DNA from: a virus
Taxonomy: Duplodnaviria; Caudoviricetes
Strand: one strand, 5' to 3'
IMG/VR virus record: IMGVR_UViG_3300020576_006644
Span: 1 to 64,000 of that record
Length of the DNA stretch: 64,000 nucleotides
Shown here: piece by piece, positions 52,689 through 61,650 of the stretch
Layout of the letters: each line of letters begins with the position of its first letter
How positions within the stretch are numbered: position 1 is the stretch's first letter
Notes under the pieces: generated by a model
Told to the model about the DNA's origin: nothing
The model's input: only the letters and a program-made list of their open reading frames with translations
Database searches by the model: none
Made by a program: the position numbers and the translations under genes

Positions 52689-53115
52689 CGCTGTCGTCCA
52701 ACTCCCCGTCGTCCTCTAGATCGTCCTCTAGATCGTCGTCTTCATCTTCATCGTCCCAGAGATCGTCGTCGTTGAGCAGGCAGGTGTTGCACTTACTGGA
52801 CATGATGCACCCACCACATACCTCGTCGTCGCAGACACTGCAGACCTCGGTATCCTCATCGTCAAGAAGTTTCTCCCCGCAGCAGTCGCAGTATCTTCCA
52901 GGTTCATCCGTCTCGTCGTCGTCAGCTATTTCCTCGTCTGGGTCTTCGCAGTCCTTGCACTCCCCGAGTGCGCAGCAGCCACGGCAGCAGACCCCGCCGC
53001 ACTCGTGGCACGTCTCAGCCTCCCCCTCTTCGAGGATGTCGCGGCAGCAGGCGCAGGTGGTCGGCTCCCGCTTGCTATTATCGGTGGCCAGCTCCTGACT
53101 CTCCCCGCCGCTCAC
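52660..53115 (-). CDS. Cys-rich, highly acidic protein
   Basis: Two CxxC-rich repeats and a poly-D/E tail. Confidence 0.55.
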   Translation of the reverse strand: MSGGESQELATDNSKREPTTCACCRDILEEGEAETCHECGGVCCRGCCALGECKDCEDPDEEIADDDETDEPGRYCDCCGEKLLDDEDTEVCSVCDDEVCGGCIMSSKCNTCLLNDDDLWDDEDEDDDLEDDLEDDGELDDSDEDFDDDDF

Positions 53116-53672
53116 AAGGCACCCCCCTCGACGCTGCGCAGCTTGGCGAAGTGCTTCCAGGCTACCTCCTGCAAAATGACCGCCACCAGTAACTCCGGGC
53201 AGCCTACGGGAACAAAGGACAAGATCCCACCCTCGGAACGGCCGACGAACCACTTTGGGACGGCGCGGCGGCGGGTAGGGCCGCTCGACTTCCCTTCATT
53301 GGGACGCACGTCTTCGATCCGCACGTAGCGGCAGTCGGAGCTGCCGTAGTAGCCCTTGACCACCGGGAGCGCAAGCCGCAGCCGCGCGAGCCGGGGCTTG
53401 GCAGCTGCCGGGTCGACATCGCACAGCCCGCCGGTGACGAGCCGGTTGAAGGCCCGCTCGGTGGTGCGAGCGGAGAAGGCGGCCTTGGCCGACAGCTGCC
53501 CCAGGTCGTAGGTCCCGCCGTCGCGCCAGGCCAGGGCGAAGGCGTCGCACTGCAGCTTCTCGTTGGCGGCCTTGTCGAAGCCTCGCGAGAGCAGGTACTC
53601 CCGCGCCTGCCGCCGCGTCCCGGCCGACAGCCGGAAGCTGACCCCGTTTGTCTTTCCCGTGTACCCGTTCAT
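53112..53672 (-). CDS. hypothetical protein
   Basis: AGGAGG RBS before MNGYTG. Confidence 0.55.
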   Translation of the reverse strand: MNGYTGKTNGVSFRLSAGTRRQAREYLLSRGFDKAANEKLQCDAFALAWRDGGTYDLGQLSAKAAFSARTTERAFNRLVTGGLCDVDPAAAKPRLARLRLALPVVKGYYGSSDCRYVRIEDVRPNEGKSSGPTRRRAVPKWFVGRSEGGILSFVPVGCPELLVAVILQEVAWKHFAKLRSVEGGAL

Positions 53673-53683
53673 CGTCCCCTCCT

Positions 53684-55153
53684 TTATCTGGAAAACAGCT
53701 CGCAGTTGTCGCAGTTCCCGCAGGGCTTTCCGGCCTCCTCGCTGAAGTAGGAGCGCAGGAGCTGCGAGCGGCACCTTCGGGAGCGCAGGAACTCGTCGAG
53801 CTGCCGCAGGAGCCCGAGCTGCCGCTCCTTGCTCTGCTCGAACTTGTCCTCGGTAAACCCGTACCTCTCGGAGTACCTGTTCTGGGTGAGGTCCTTCCCC
53901 GAGGTGATGAGCCACTTGCGGGTCCGGTAGTCCTTCCCCGAGTCGTACAGCGCCACGGCCACCGACGGCTTGCCATCCCGGCCCCCGCGCCCGGCCATCT
54001 GGTAGAAGTCCTCGATGCTCTTGGGCAGCCCGTGCATGACGACCACTCGCACGTCGCTCCGGTCCACCCCCATCCCGAAGGCGCAGGTGGCCACCACCAC
54101 GTCGAGCTTCTTGCCGAAGAACAGCTCCTCGACCTCCCGCCGCTGACCCTTGCCCGTCATCCCGGCGTGGTAGTGTCGCGCCTCCCGGCCCTGCCGACGC
54201 AGGTAGTCGGCGATGTCCTCAGCATCCTGGCGCCGGAGCGTGTAGACGATCCCCGCCCCGCCGGCCGCAAGGTGCTTGTCGAGCAGGTTCCGAACCGCGA
54301 TGATCTTGCTGCCCCCCTCGCAAGCGCGGACGCGGTAGCTGAGGTTTGGGCGGTCGCAGGACAGTCGGATCACCCGCGCGTTGCGCATCCTGAAGCGCTC
54401 GCGGATGTCTTCGACGGTGTCCTCTGTGGCGCTCGCCGTCATGGCGATCCACTGCGTCTGCATTCCGATGTTGCGCCGGTCGAGCAGGTCGCGGGCGAAG
54501 CGATAGGCCGGACGGTACGATAACCCGGCCTCATGCCCAGCAACGTGGCACTCATCCAGAGCGACGAGCCACGGGGGGTTCGCTCGAAGTTGCGCGGCAA
54601 AGCGCGGGTCGTCGAAGCGCTCCGGCGCCGCGTAGATGAGGGAAGCCCCCGGCATGGCGGCAATGGCGACAGTCAGCTCTCCTGGGGTGTACTGCGAGGT
54701 GATGGCGATTGCCGGGATGCCACGGTCTAGCGCCTGCGTCACCTGATCCCGCATGAGCGAGATGAGCGGGGACATCACCAAAACTGGCCTGTCCACCCGC
54801 ATCACCGATGGCACCTGGAAGCAGGCCGTCTTGCCAAACGATGTGGGCGCTATGCCTACAATGTCCTCACCCGCCACCACGGCGTCGATGATCTGCTGCT
54901 GCCCCGGCCGGAACCGGGGGAAGCCCCACACACTGCGCAGCGCCGACAGCGGATCGGAGAACGGTCCCGGCTTTGGCGGCAGCTCCAGCGAGAAAACCGG
55001 CTCCGCTGGTGGCGCTGCCGCCGCTTTCTTGGCCTTCGGTGCCTTGACCGCCAAGCCCGACCCGCCGCAGGCCGGGCAGCTCGCCATGAGCAGGGGGTTC
55101 CCCGCACACTGGAGGCATTTTTTGCGGGAGGCTGCTGGCTTGGTGGCGGTCAC
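53684..55153 (-). CDS. recQ: RecQ-family helicase
   Basis: FRPGQ, PTSFGKT, SPLISLMRDQ, DECH, MTASA, DRPNL, ATCAFGMGVD, QMAGRGGRDG, CR..L..YF..CGNCDNC. Confidence 0.92.
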   Translation of the reverse strand: MTATKPAASRKKCLQCAGNPLLMASCPACGGSGLAVKAPKAKKAAAAPPAEPVFSLELPPKPGPFSDPLSALRSVWGFPRFRPGQQQIIDAVVAGEDIVGIAPTSFGKTACFQVPSVMRVDRPVLVMSPLISLMRDQVTQALDRGIPAIAITSQYTPGELTVAIAAMPGASLIYAAPERFDDPRFAAQLRANPPWLVALDECHVAGHEAGLSYRPAYRFARDLLDRRNIGMQTQWIAMTASATEDTVEDIRERFRMRNARVIRLSCDRPNLSYRVRACEGGSKIIAVRNLLDKHLAAGGAGIVYTLRRQDAEDIADYLRRQGREARHYHAGMTGKGQRREVEELFFGKKLDVVVATCAFGMGVDRSDVRVVVMHGLPKSIEDFYQMAGRGGRDGKPSVAVALYDSGKDYRTRKWLITSGKDLTQNRYSERYGFTEDKFEQSKERQLGLLRQLDEFLRSRRCRSQLLRSYFSEEAGKPCGNCDNCELFSR

Positions 55154-55161
55154 AGTTGTCC

Positions 55162-55419
55162 CTATTTATTCAGCAGCAAGCAGATTCGTTTACTAATCCA
55201 CATAGAGCTGACTCGCCGCCATCCGCTGGACTTGTACTTTTCAATCAACAGATCGGCCATTTTTTCATCGGTTGAAGCGAGAGAGACAGTCCGTTTACCC
55301 AGCGCGAGGGCCTTGTTAACGCGCGCTATTTCTTCGTTTATCCGCTTGCTAGAAACGGCTGCTTTCTCTGCCGCGTCCGGTGAATACGCAGCCACCTTTT
55401 TCACACGTTTTGGGGTCAT
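55162..55419 (-). CDS. hypothetical protein
   Basis: 85 aa downstream of operator copy 12. Confidence 0.5.
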   Translation of the reverse strand: MTPKRVKKVAAYSPDAAEKAAVSSKRINEEIARVNKALALGKRTVSLASTDEKMADLLIEKYKSSGWRRVSSMWISKRICLLLNK

Positions 55420-55454
55420 CGAGTTCCAGCTATCTCATCCGATCGCCACGACCC

Positions 55455-55476
55455 GCAAGCCGGGACGTTTGTTCAG
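55455..55476. promoter_or_regulatory. 22-bp operator repeat copy 12
   Basis: GCAAGC-CGGGAC-GTTT-GTTCAG; abuts the stop of 55477-55878. Confidence 0.7.
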
Positions 55477-55878
55477 CTACCAGCAACCGCCGGTGCAAAC
55501 CGAAGGATTCTTAGCCTTGCAGTAAGGGCGGTGATTCACGGCGATATCGTCATCCCGCCGCTTCTTCAGCTCCGCCAAGCAGGCCCCACACTTAGTGACC
55601 GCGTCCTTCCCGCCGATCAGGTCCGCCAGCTTGTGGCCACAGGGAAGCCCGGTCCCTTCCAGCTTGGTCAGCCACTCGTCGGCGATCTTGATAATGGATT
55701 CCGGGGTCTTCTTCTGCAGATCGACAATCTCGTTTTCTAAAGCGAGAATTTCGCAGTCGGCGTGATGTGGGAATGGATCTGGCTGCGGGTGTACTGCACC
55801 AGTTAGCTTCCGACACACCGTGCACAAGTACCCGCGGAAGTCACCACTTCCCCACCGGGTTTCTACAACGATCTTCAT
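55477..55878 (-). CDS. Cys/His-rich hypothetical protein
   Basis: 133 aa, AGGAG RBS. Confidence 0.6.
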   Translation of the reverse strand: MKIVVETRWGSGDFRGYLCTVCRKLTGAVHPQPDPFPHHADCEILALENEIVDLQKKTPESIIKIADEWLTKLEGTGLPCGHKLADLIGGKDAVTKCGACLAELKKRRDDDIAVNHRPYCKAKNPSVCTGGCW

Positions 55879-55889
55879 GAGTCGAACTC

Positions 55890-56729
55890 CTATACAAGCC
55901 CCGGCGGCAGCTCGACGACCACATCCTCACCTTCGAGGAAGTCCAGGTTGAACAGACCCCACGGGGCGTAGACCGCGAGATTTATCTTCGCGATGATGAC
56001 CATCACCTCGTCGATGTCCTGCCCGTACAGGCGCAAGCAGCGGTTGCTCGCGTGCAGCAGCATCCGGGCCGAGCCCATGGCCGGGTCGCAGACGCTCTTG
56101 GGTCGCGTGTCCTCCCGGCCGCCGATCTGCGTCCGCACCATGAGCTCGCAGATGGGATGCGGGGTCGGGAAGAACTTGTGCGGGCCGCCGCCGTAGCGGA
56201 TGGCGCCGAGCTCACCCAGGTAGTCGCTCGGCCGGCGCAGCCATTGCCCGAGGTCCACCTGACGGTACAGCTGCTCGGACAGATCGTCGGAGAGCCCAGG
56301 GTCCGCGCTGTGGACGCCCAGACCCCAGCCGAGGAACCGGGCGAAGTCCCGGTAGCTCGTCCACTGCCCGCCGCTCTTGTCGCACAGCTCCAGCCACTTT
56401 TCCGTCTGCCGCAGCACCGCAGGGTCGGCGTTATCAAAGTCGACCTGCGGGATGGGGTCGCCGGGCAGTCCGCGCAGATCGACGACCCGGGCGAGGTAGC
56501 CCCACCTGTCGGGGAAGCCGGTCTGGCTCCCGGCCTCGGCGTGCAGCGCCTGGACCAGCAGCCGCAGCCACCCCTTGAGCCGCCAGGGCTTCACCTCGTC
56601 GCCGATCATCGGCATGCGCCCGGTCCGCAGGAGGTGCCCGACGGCAGATAAGGGGTCCGCGCCGAGAGCAATTGCTGTGGCGGTCAGCTGGGCCTGGGCG
56701 GTGATCTGCTCAATCATTTCTCCGCGCAC
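55890..56729 (-). CDS. N6-adenine methyltransferase-like protein (HsdM-type, no NPPY motif seen)
   Basis: FFPTPHPICELM, VCDPAMGSARML, LYGQDID. Confidence 0.7.
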   Translation of the reverse strand: MRGEMIEQITAQAQLTATAIALGADPLSAVGHLLRTGRMPMIGDEVKPWRLKGWLRLLVQALHAEAGSQTGFPDRWGYLARVVDLRGLPGDPIPQVDFDNADPAVLRQTEKWLELCDKSGGQWTSYRDFARFLGWGLGVHSADPGLSDDLSEQLYRQVDLGQWLRRPSDYLGELGAIRYGGGPHKFFPTPHPICELMVRTQIGGREDTRPKSVCDPAMGSARMLLHASNRCLRLYGQDIDEVMVIIAKINLAVYAPWGLFNLDFLEGEDVVVELPPGLV

Positions 56730-56980
56730 CCTTCTGCCGGCAGCGCCGGCGCCTGCTTGAAAGCCACCCCGGCCTTTATCCCCTCGCGGCCCGCAAGAAA
56801 GATGTCCATCTCCCTTAAGACCGTCTCCTCCATCTCTCCGTGGCAGTAGGCCCGAAAGACGTAGGTAGTCCGCAGGATTCCAGCCGCATGCTGGGTGAAC
56901 AGGTCGACCTGCCTCCCGCAGCGCCCGCAGGTCGGGATAGGGAGCATGCAGCTCTCGGGGAGCGGTTCGAGGTGGAGCAT
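56714..56980 (-). CDS. hypothetical protein
   Basis: PTCGRCG..AYCHG. Confidence 0.5.
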   Translation of the reverse strand: MLHLEPLPESCMLPIPTCGRCGRQVDLFTQHAAGILRTTYVFRAYCHGEMEETVLREMDIFLAGREGIKAGVAFKQAPALPAEGCAEK

Positions 56981-56984
56981 CGGG

Positions 56985-57362
56985 CTACTTGACCTCGGCC
57001 CCCAGCTTGAACTCCACCGCATGCTCGGTCACTTTCCCGTCCACCACGCGCAACCCGCTGTGGCTGTCTCCGTCCTCCCAGGTCAGCAGCAGGTCTGCCG
57101 AACCCCAGGTGGCGGCGAGCGCCTTGCGCAGGTTGTCCTCGCTGCGGCCAGAACCCTCGCCGCGCCAGCGCACCCGGGTTATCTCCAGCTCCTCGGTCCG
57201 CCCCGGCAGTTCTTCGACCTCTATGACGCTTCCATCGTCCTCAAGGAAGTTTGCCTCGGGCAGCTGGCCCTCCAGCTCGTCACGCAACTTTTTGCGTACC
57301 TGCGCGTTTATGCGCAGCCGCTCCTCGCCCAGGTAGTCGATGCTTCCGATGTTGTAGGCCAT
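56985..57362 (-). CDS. hypothetical protein
   Basis: 125 aa, AAGGAG RBS. Confidence 0.6.
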   Translation of the reverse strand: MAYNIGSIDYLGEERLRINAQVRKKLRDELEGQLPEANFLEDDGSVIEVEELPGRTEELEITRVRWRGEGSGRSEDNLRKALAATWGSADLLLTWEDGDSHSGLRVVDGKVTEHAVEFKLGAEVK

Positions 57363-57376
57363 GGCCTTCTCCTTGT

Positions 57377-57958
57377 TCAGAACAGGTTCTGCTGCGCTGG
57401 CGCCGGCTTCTGCAGCTCGCCAATCGGGATGTGGATTTTTATCGGCGCTGCCGAGTTCCGCCAGGTGTGAGCCGTGCCCCCGTCTGCAGGAACCGACCCG
57501 CGGCCGAAGGTCTGAGCAATTACAATGTCAACCACACCCACTCGAAGGTTGCGCGCGTAAAAGCCATCATCGTGGAAAAACTGTGCGCCATTCTCATCGG
57601 CGTCAGAAAGATCCTCAAAGCTGCTCTGCCGACCCACCGCTTGCAGGACATGCGAAAAGTTCTTGTGATAGTAGGTCGCCGTGTTGCCCACGTCGGTATT
57701 TGGATAACTGACGGTCCCGCGCGAACCCCACACCGCGCACGGGAACCACAGCGTCAAGCTGTCCACCTCCCCCGCGAGCCACAAGTCTACAGCGCAGTGG
57801 TCCCCATAAGGAGCGCCGCCGCTCACCAGATCCCACGGGCGCGGGATGTTTTGCAGCTGCTGGCGGACCACATCTACCATCCCGAGATAGATCGGGTAGC
57901 TGAGCCGCGCCGCATCCGTCTTCCGCCCCGCGGTGCCAATGACAGCTACGCGGGTCAT
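57377..57958 (-). CDS. SLOG-superfamily (YspA/DprA-like) protein
   Basis: VAVIGTAGR, LVSGGAPYGD, FYARN, GGTAHTW. Confidence 0.65.
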   Translation of the reverse strand: MTRVAVIGTAGRKTDAARLSYPIYLGMVDVVRQQLQNIPRPWDLVSGGAPYGDHCAVDLWLAGEVDSLTLWFPCAVWGSRGTVSYPNTDVGNTATYYHKNFSHVLQAVGRQSSFEDLSDADENGAQFFHDDGFYARNLRVGVVDIVIAQTFGRGSVPADGGTAHTWRNSAAPIKIHIPIGELQKPAPAQQNLF

Positions 57959-58197
57959 GAGTTCGGCACTTCCGGCGCGTCAGCCCTCCGGGACGGCACC
58001 ACGCGCAGCCGCAGCTTGCACGGGCCGCCATGCGCTCCAGCTGGTATCGACATGTTGACGAACCCGTGGTAGCGGCGGAACTTCCACCAGTGCAGCCAGC
58101 GGCCGAGCTGCCACCACCGCGGCTCCCAGACCTGGACCCGCTGCGGACCCGACCCGGTGAGCAGCTCTACACCGTCCCAATCGGTTTTCTTGGTCAC
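57955..58197 (-). CDS. hypothetical protein
   Basis: GTGA/ATGA coupling. Confidence 0.45.
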   Translation of the reverse strand: MTKKTDWDGVELLTGSGPQRVQVWEPRWWQLGRWLHWWKFRRYHGFVNMSIPAGAHGGPCKLRLRVVPSRRADAPEVPNS

Positions 58198-58724
58198 TTC
58201 CAATCCTCCGGCGGCGGAACGGGACCAAACCACGGCCCGCTGACATCTTCCACGGACCGCACGACACCGCCATGCAGGAAGACGAGTCGGTTGCTGGACG
58301 GGGCAACCTCCCAAAGCCGGTGCTGCCGCCAGTACCAGCCCGCTTCGGTCGGCACCTCGACGCGCGGGTAGAGCGGCTTCTCATACTGCACCACGACCTT
58401 GGGCACCTCCCCGGTCAGCTTCTTCTCGACCCGATCGAGCGCCTCCATGAACGTGGCGATGGCACCGGGATTACGGAAAGCCAGCACCACGAGAGGACTG
58501 TGCGAGGAGGTTGCTTCTCGGGGTACTAGTTTGCCGGGCTCTCCTGGTTCGCGGAGCGGGACCAGCTCAACACCTGGAATCTGCGGCGCGTTCTCCGGGT
58601 CGAGCGGGTCCTTGCACCAGCAGTTACCGACGCGAACCATCCGGTCGCCAAGGATGACGACAACCCCGACGAGATCACCGCCGTCCTCCTTACCGCCGAC
58701 GAAGAAAGTGGGCGGAACGGTCAC
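58194..58724 (-). CDS. hypothetical protein
   Basis: 176 aa, PTEAGWYW motif. Confidence 0.55.
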   Translation of the reverse strand: MTVPPTFFVGGKEDGGDLVGVVVILGDRMVRVGNCWCKDPLDPENAPQIPGVELVPLREPGEPGKLVPREATSSHSPLVVLAFRNPGAIATFMEALDRVEKKLTGEVPKVVVQYEKPLYPRVEVPTEAGWYWRQHRLWEVAPSSNRLVFLHGGVVRSVEDVSGPWFGPVPPPEDWK

Positions 58725-59071
58725 GACGACTTCCTTTTTATGGCGGTTATTCCGCGACCAACAGGCACGCCGCGAAGCTGCGCAGAGAAGCCGGCCATCA
58801 GACGGTCAACCGAGGCGTCCGCTTCTTCTGCAATCTTGTTGAGCCCAGCGTCGTCCGCCACGTCCTTGTAATCCCGCTCCAGCTTCTTGAGAGGAACGCT
58901 GCGGCGGACATTGACGCGGCCGACGCGCCGCAGCCGCACCACATCCCCCTTACGGCTGGTGTCCAGGGCGTAGACGTACCAGACGAGCCCTTGCAGGTCT
59001 TCCTTGTACTTACCCAAATGCTTCTGGGCCGCCGGGTCCTTGGCGAGCCACGCCGGGCTAGAGCTTTCCAT
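58721..59071 (-). CDS. hypothetical protein
   Basis: 116 aa, AGGAG RBS. Confidence 0.55.
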   Translation of the reverse strand: MESSSPAWLAKDPAAQKHLGKYKEDLQGLVWYVYALDTSRKGDVVRLRRVGRVNVRRSVPLKKLERDYKDVADDAGLNKIAEEADASVDRLMAGFSAQLRGVPVGRGITAIKRKSS

Positions 59072-59390
59072 CGCGAATCTCCTGGGCGAGCTGGGCCTGC
59101 AGCATCATCTCGATGGCGCTGAAGTCGGTCTCCATGACGACCTTCCCCACAAAGCGGTCGACGCCCGGATCGAACCCAGGAACGAAGAGGCCGCCCTTGA
59201 GGCGGAGTTGGTCGATCGGTAGGTACTGACGGACCACGGCCTCCTTGGTCGTGAACCGGCTCGCCAGCGCCGCCCGCACCCGGGCAGCGATTGCCGGGTC
59301 CTGGTAGGCGACCCAATACGTGGTTCCCACGAACAGCTCGACCGCGCCGGGCCGACAGAGCGTCCCGACCGGATAGTGCATCACCTGCAT
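59058..59390 (-). CDS. hypothetical protein
   Basis: 110 aa, AGGAGG RBS, downstream of operator copy 13. Confidence 0.6.
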   Translation of the reverse strand: MQVMHYPVGTLCRPGAVELFVGTTYWVAYQDPAIAARVRAALASRFTTKEAVVRQYLPIDQLRLKGGLFVPGFDPGVDRFVGKVVMETDFSAIEMMLQAQLAQEIRDGKL

Positions 59391-59436
59391 GGTTTGTCCC
59401 TCCTGGGGAAGATCTGCTCAGATCACGGTCGGGCTG

Positions 59437-59458
59437 GCAATACTGGACGTTCGGTCAG
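59437..59458. promoter_or_regulatory. 22-bp operator repeat copy 13
   Basis: GCAATA-CTGGAC-GTTC-GGTCAG; contains the TGA of 59455-59991. Confidence 0.75.
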
Positions 59459-59991
59459 GCCTGACTGTTCGGCGGGGCCCATACCAAGGCGAAAGAGTCA
59501 AGTGCCTGCGCCTGCCTGTCGGTGGTCTTACCTGCGCAGGCTGAGTGCATCCGATAAAAGGCGCAGCGCACACGGATAGCAGGATCATGTGGGGTGACGG
59601 ACACAGTACGAACAGGCTTATCGCGCAACGGCAATGCGCACACCGGACACGCGCCGTCTAATCCCGGTTCATGGGTCGGAACTTCCTGATCAGGGCAGTC
59701 AAAATAGCCGATACTCGGCTCGACCTTGTAGGGTTTGGTCAAAAGGATCGAGGTCAGCACGTAACCTTTGCCGTTTTGCTCCAAGCCCCAACTCAAGCTG
59801 TCGTTGTCGAGCACTACTTCAGTGTAGTGTCCGCACTCATCGGCTTTAATGCGGTCAGTCCTGGTGCCCGACCACCACCGCCCGCGAGCACGCCAGAAGA
59901 CGTACTCACTGTTCGCCACCGCCCGTAAATGGTCCTCTATTTTGTGCTGCCTTTTGGGTCCGAAATAATTCTCCACATACGCGCAAGCCAT
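59455..59991 (-). CDS. hypothetical protein
   Basis: 178 aa, GAGGT RBS. Confidence 0.55.
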   Translation of the reverse strand: MACAYVENYFGPKRQHKIEDHLRAVANSEYVFWRARGRWWSGTRTDRIKADECGHYTEVVLDNDSLSWGLEQNGKGYVLTSILLTKPYKVEPSIGYFDCPDQEVPTHEPGLDGACPVCALPLRDKPVRTVSVTPHDPAIRVRCAFYRMHSACAGKTTDRQAQALDSFALVWAPPNSQA

Positions 59992-60062
59992 GGTTCACCT
60001 CTGGATGTTAAGGACGCGATCGGGGCAGAAATTGGCGAAAATATTTTAGTGATCTCGTTCGG

Positions 60063-60539
60063 TCAGGCCGGGCGGCGCTCCGCGTCCCAGCTGAAGAACT
60101 CCACCCGACCGTTGACGGTAAGCCGACAACGGAACCGCTCGTCAAAGCCGCGCGGCAGGCTGTCACCCTCCACCACGATGAGGTCCGACCGCAGTCCCGC
60201 CACCGCACCGCACTGTCTCGTGACGGTCAGAGTCGGGTTGGTCTTGTCCCACCCAGCGACGCACAGCCGCACGCGAGTGACCGATTCCAGGAGGCCATCG
60301 GGTAGCTTTTCGCACACCGACTGTAGGAAGCGCTCTGCCGCCCGCGGGAAATTCTGAGCGATGAACAGCACCCGCAGCTTGGGGTTCTTGACGATCTCGT
60401 TGGCGATCTGCTGGAGGGTCACGGTTCGTTCCTTTACCCACGCCTTGAATTTACTTTGCACTGCGGCCAGCTCCGCACGTGCAGCGTCGTTCTCTTCCAC
60501 CAGGGCTACAAGATCTTGAACAGAAATTTCTTCACTCAC
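60063..60539 (-). CDS. hypothetical protein
   Basis: GTGA coupling; stop lies in a half-operator CGTTCGGTCAG. Confidence 0.5.
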   Translation of the reverse strand: MSEEISVQDLVALVEENDAARAELAAVQSKFKAWVKERTVTLQQIANEIVKNPKLRVLFIAQNFPRAAERFLQSVCEKLPDGLLESVTRVRLCVAGWDKTNPTLTVTRQCGAVAGLRSDLIVVEGDSLPRGFDERFRCRLTVNGRVEFFSWDAERRPA

Positions 60540-61150
60540 CGCTTCTCCTCCCGCTTCGCCGCCGCCAGCGCCTGCCGGTGCGCACAGACCTCGCAACCTT
60601 CACCCTGACCCATCTTGTGGCCGTGCATCTTCTCCGAGACCCGGATCGCCAGCTCGTACACGGTGCCTTCGCCGATCAGGTCAAACGTGAGCCCCGCCTC
60701 GGCTGGCGTGCGAGCGGCGCGGAAGATGTGATCCCACACCCGCTTGCGCAGCGCCCACTCCTTGGCCGGGACAGCAGTGTCCGACGAGTTCTGGTAGTGG
60801 AAGTCCCTGAACTTGGTCTTCGGGAGCAGCTTGTCGAGGGTGTCGCCGCCGAAACCGAAGAACTGCACGAGCAGCACGTCCTCCCGATCGATCTGCGTCG
60901 GGTAGACAACGGCGCTGCAGGCCGGGTTCTCCAGGGCCGCGCCGTCGATCACGGCGAACCGCTCCCCACGCTTGAACATCTCGCGGAGGCCGTCGGTAAA
61001 CGCGCCGAAGTCGAAGTCCTTCGGAGACCACTCCGCAGCAACATTCGAGATGAACTCGTCCCACAGGTGCTTTCGCATCCGGCCGAGGAACGGCAGGAGC
61101 TGGTGGAGCGTCCCCTTGTAGAGGTAGGCGTCGTAGATCTTGGTGCTCAT
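60536..61150 (-). CDS. conserved phage hypothetical protein
   Basis: MSTKIYDAY..DFHYQNSSD..EW..RKRVWD. Confidence 0.65.
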   Translation of the reverse strand: MSTKIYDAYLYKGTLHQLLPFLGRMRKHLWDEFISNVAAEWSPKDFDFGAFTDGLREMFKRGERFAVIDGAALENPACSAVVYPTQIDREDVLLVQFFGFGGDTLDKLLPKTKFRDFHYQNSSDTAVPAKEWALRKRVWDHIFRAARTPAEAGLTFDLIGEGTVYELAIRVSEKMHGHKMGQGEGCEVCAHRQALAAAKREEKR

Positions 61151-61638
61151 GGAAAACAACCCATCTTCATTTGACTAGCGATAACCATGTCGGTTATTTC
61201 AAACCACTTGTCTAACATCCCATTATCGTCTTGTTGATGTCTGAATGCGCGTATCATCCCTGAGTCGCTAACAGCATCAAACTTCTTGGCATCAAAAGCA
61301 CCCATCTTCATGGCGTTATACGCTTGAATTTCGTTAAGCAACATATAGGCCCTAGGCTTATTTATGTCTCTGTACCTAGTAATCCCATATTGGCATACAT
61401 CCACTACACACGCTTCTTGTTCAAGGCGTATCATGAGGACTTTATGGTCCCCCTTGGACATAGCGATAACCCCCGCAAGCCATTTGCGTGCTTTGGCCTC
61501 TTGTCCTTTACAACTTGCTAGAAAGTAACTCGCTATGGCCGGACCAGCCCAGCAGTTGTTTGCAATTTCGTGCTCTTGAGCTGTCTCATAAGCCTTACAT
61601 TCCCTCCGTTCTTTAGCGGAATAAAACTCTTCAAGCAT
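61147..61638 (-). CDS. hypothetical protein
   Basis: 163 aa, AT-rich. Confidence 0.6.
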   Translation of the reverse strand: MLEEFYSAKERRECKAYETAQEHEIANNCWAGPAIASYFLASCKGQEAKARKWLAGVIAMSKGDHKVLMIRLEQEACVVDVCQYGITRYRDINKPRAYMLLNEIQAYNAMKMGAFDAKKFDAVSDSGMIRAFRHQQDDNGMLDKWFEITDMVIASQMKMGCFP

Positions 61639-61650
61639 AGCTGCAATCCC

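Noticed and set aside
1827-59458. 22-bp repeat as a sigma54 promoter or integron attC site
   Set aside because: There is no GG-N10-GC spacing and no attC-like R''/R' hairpin, and no integrase is present in the window.
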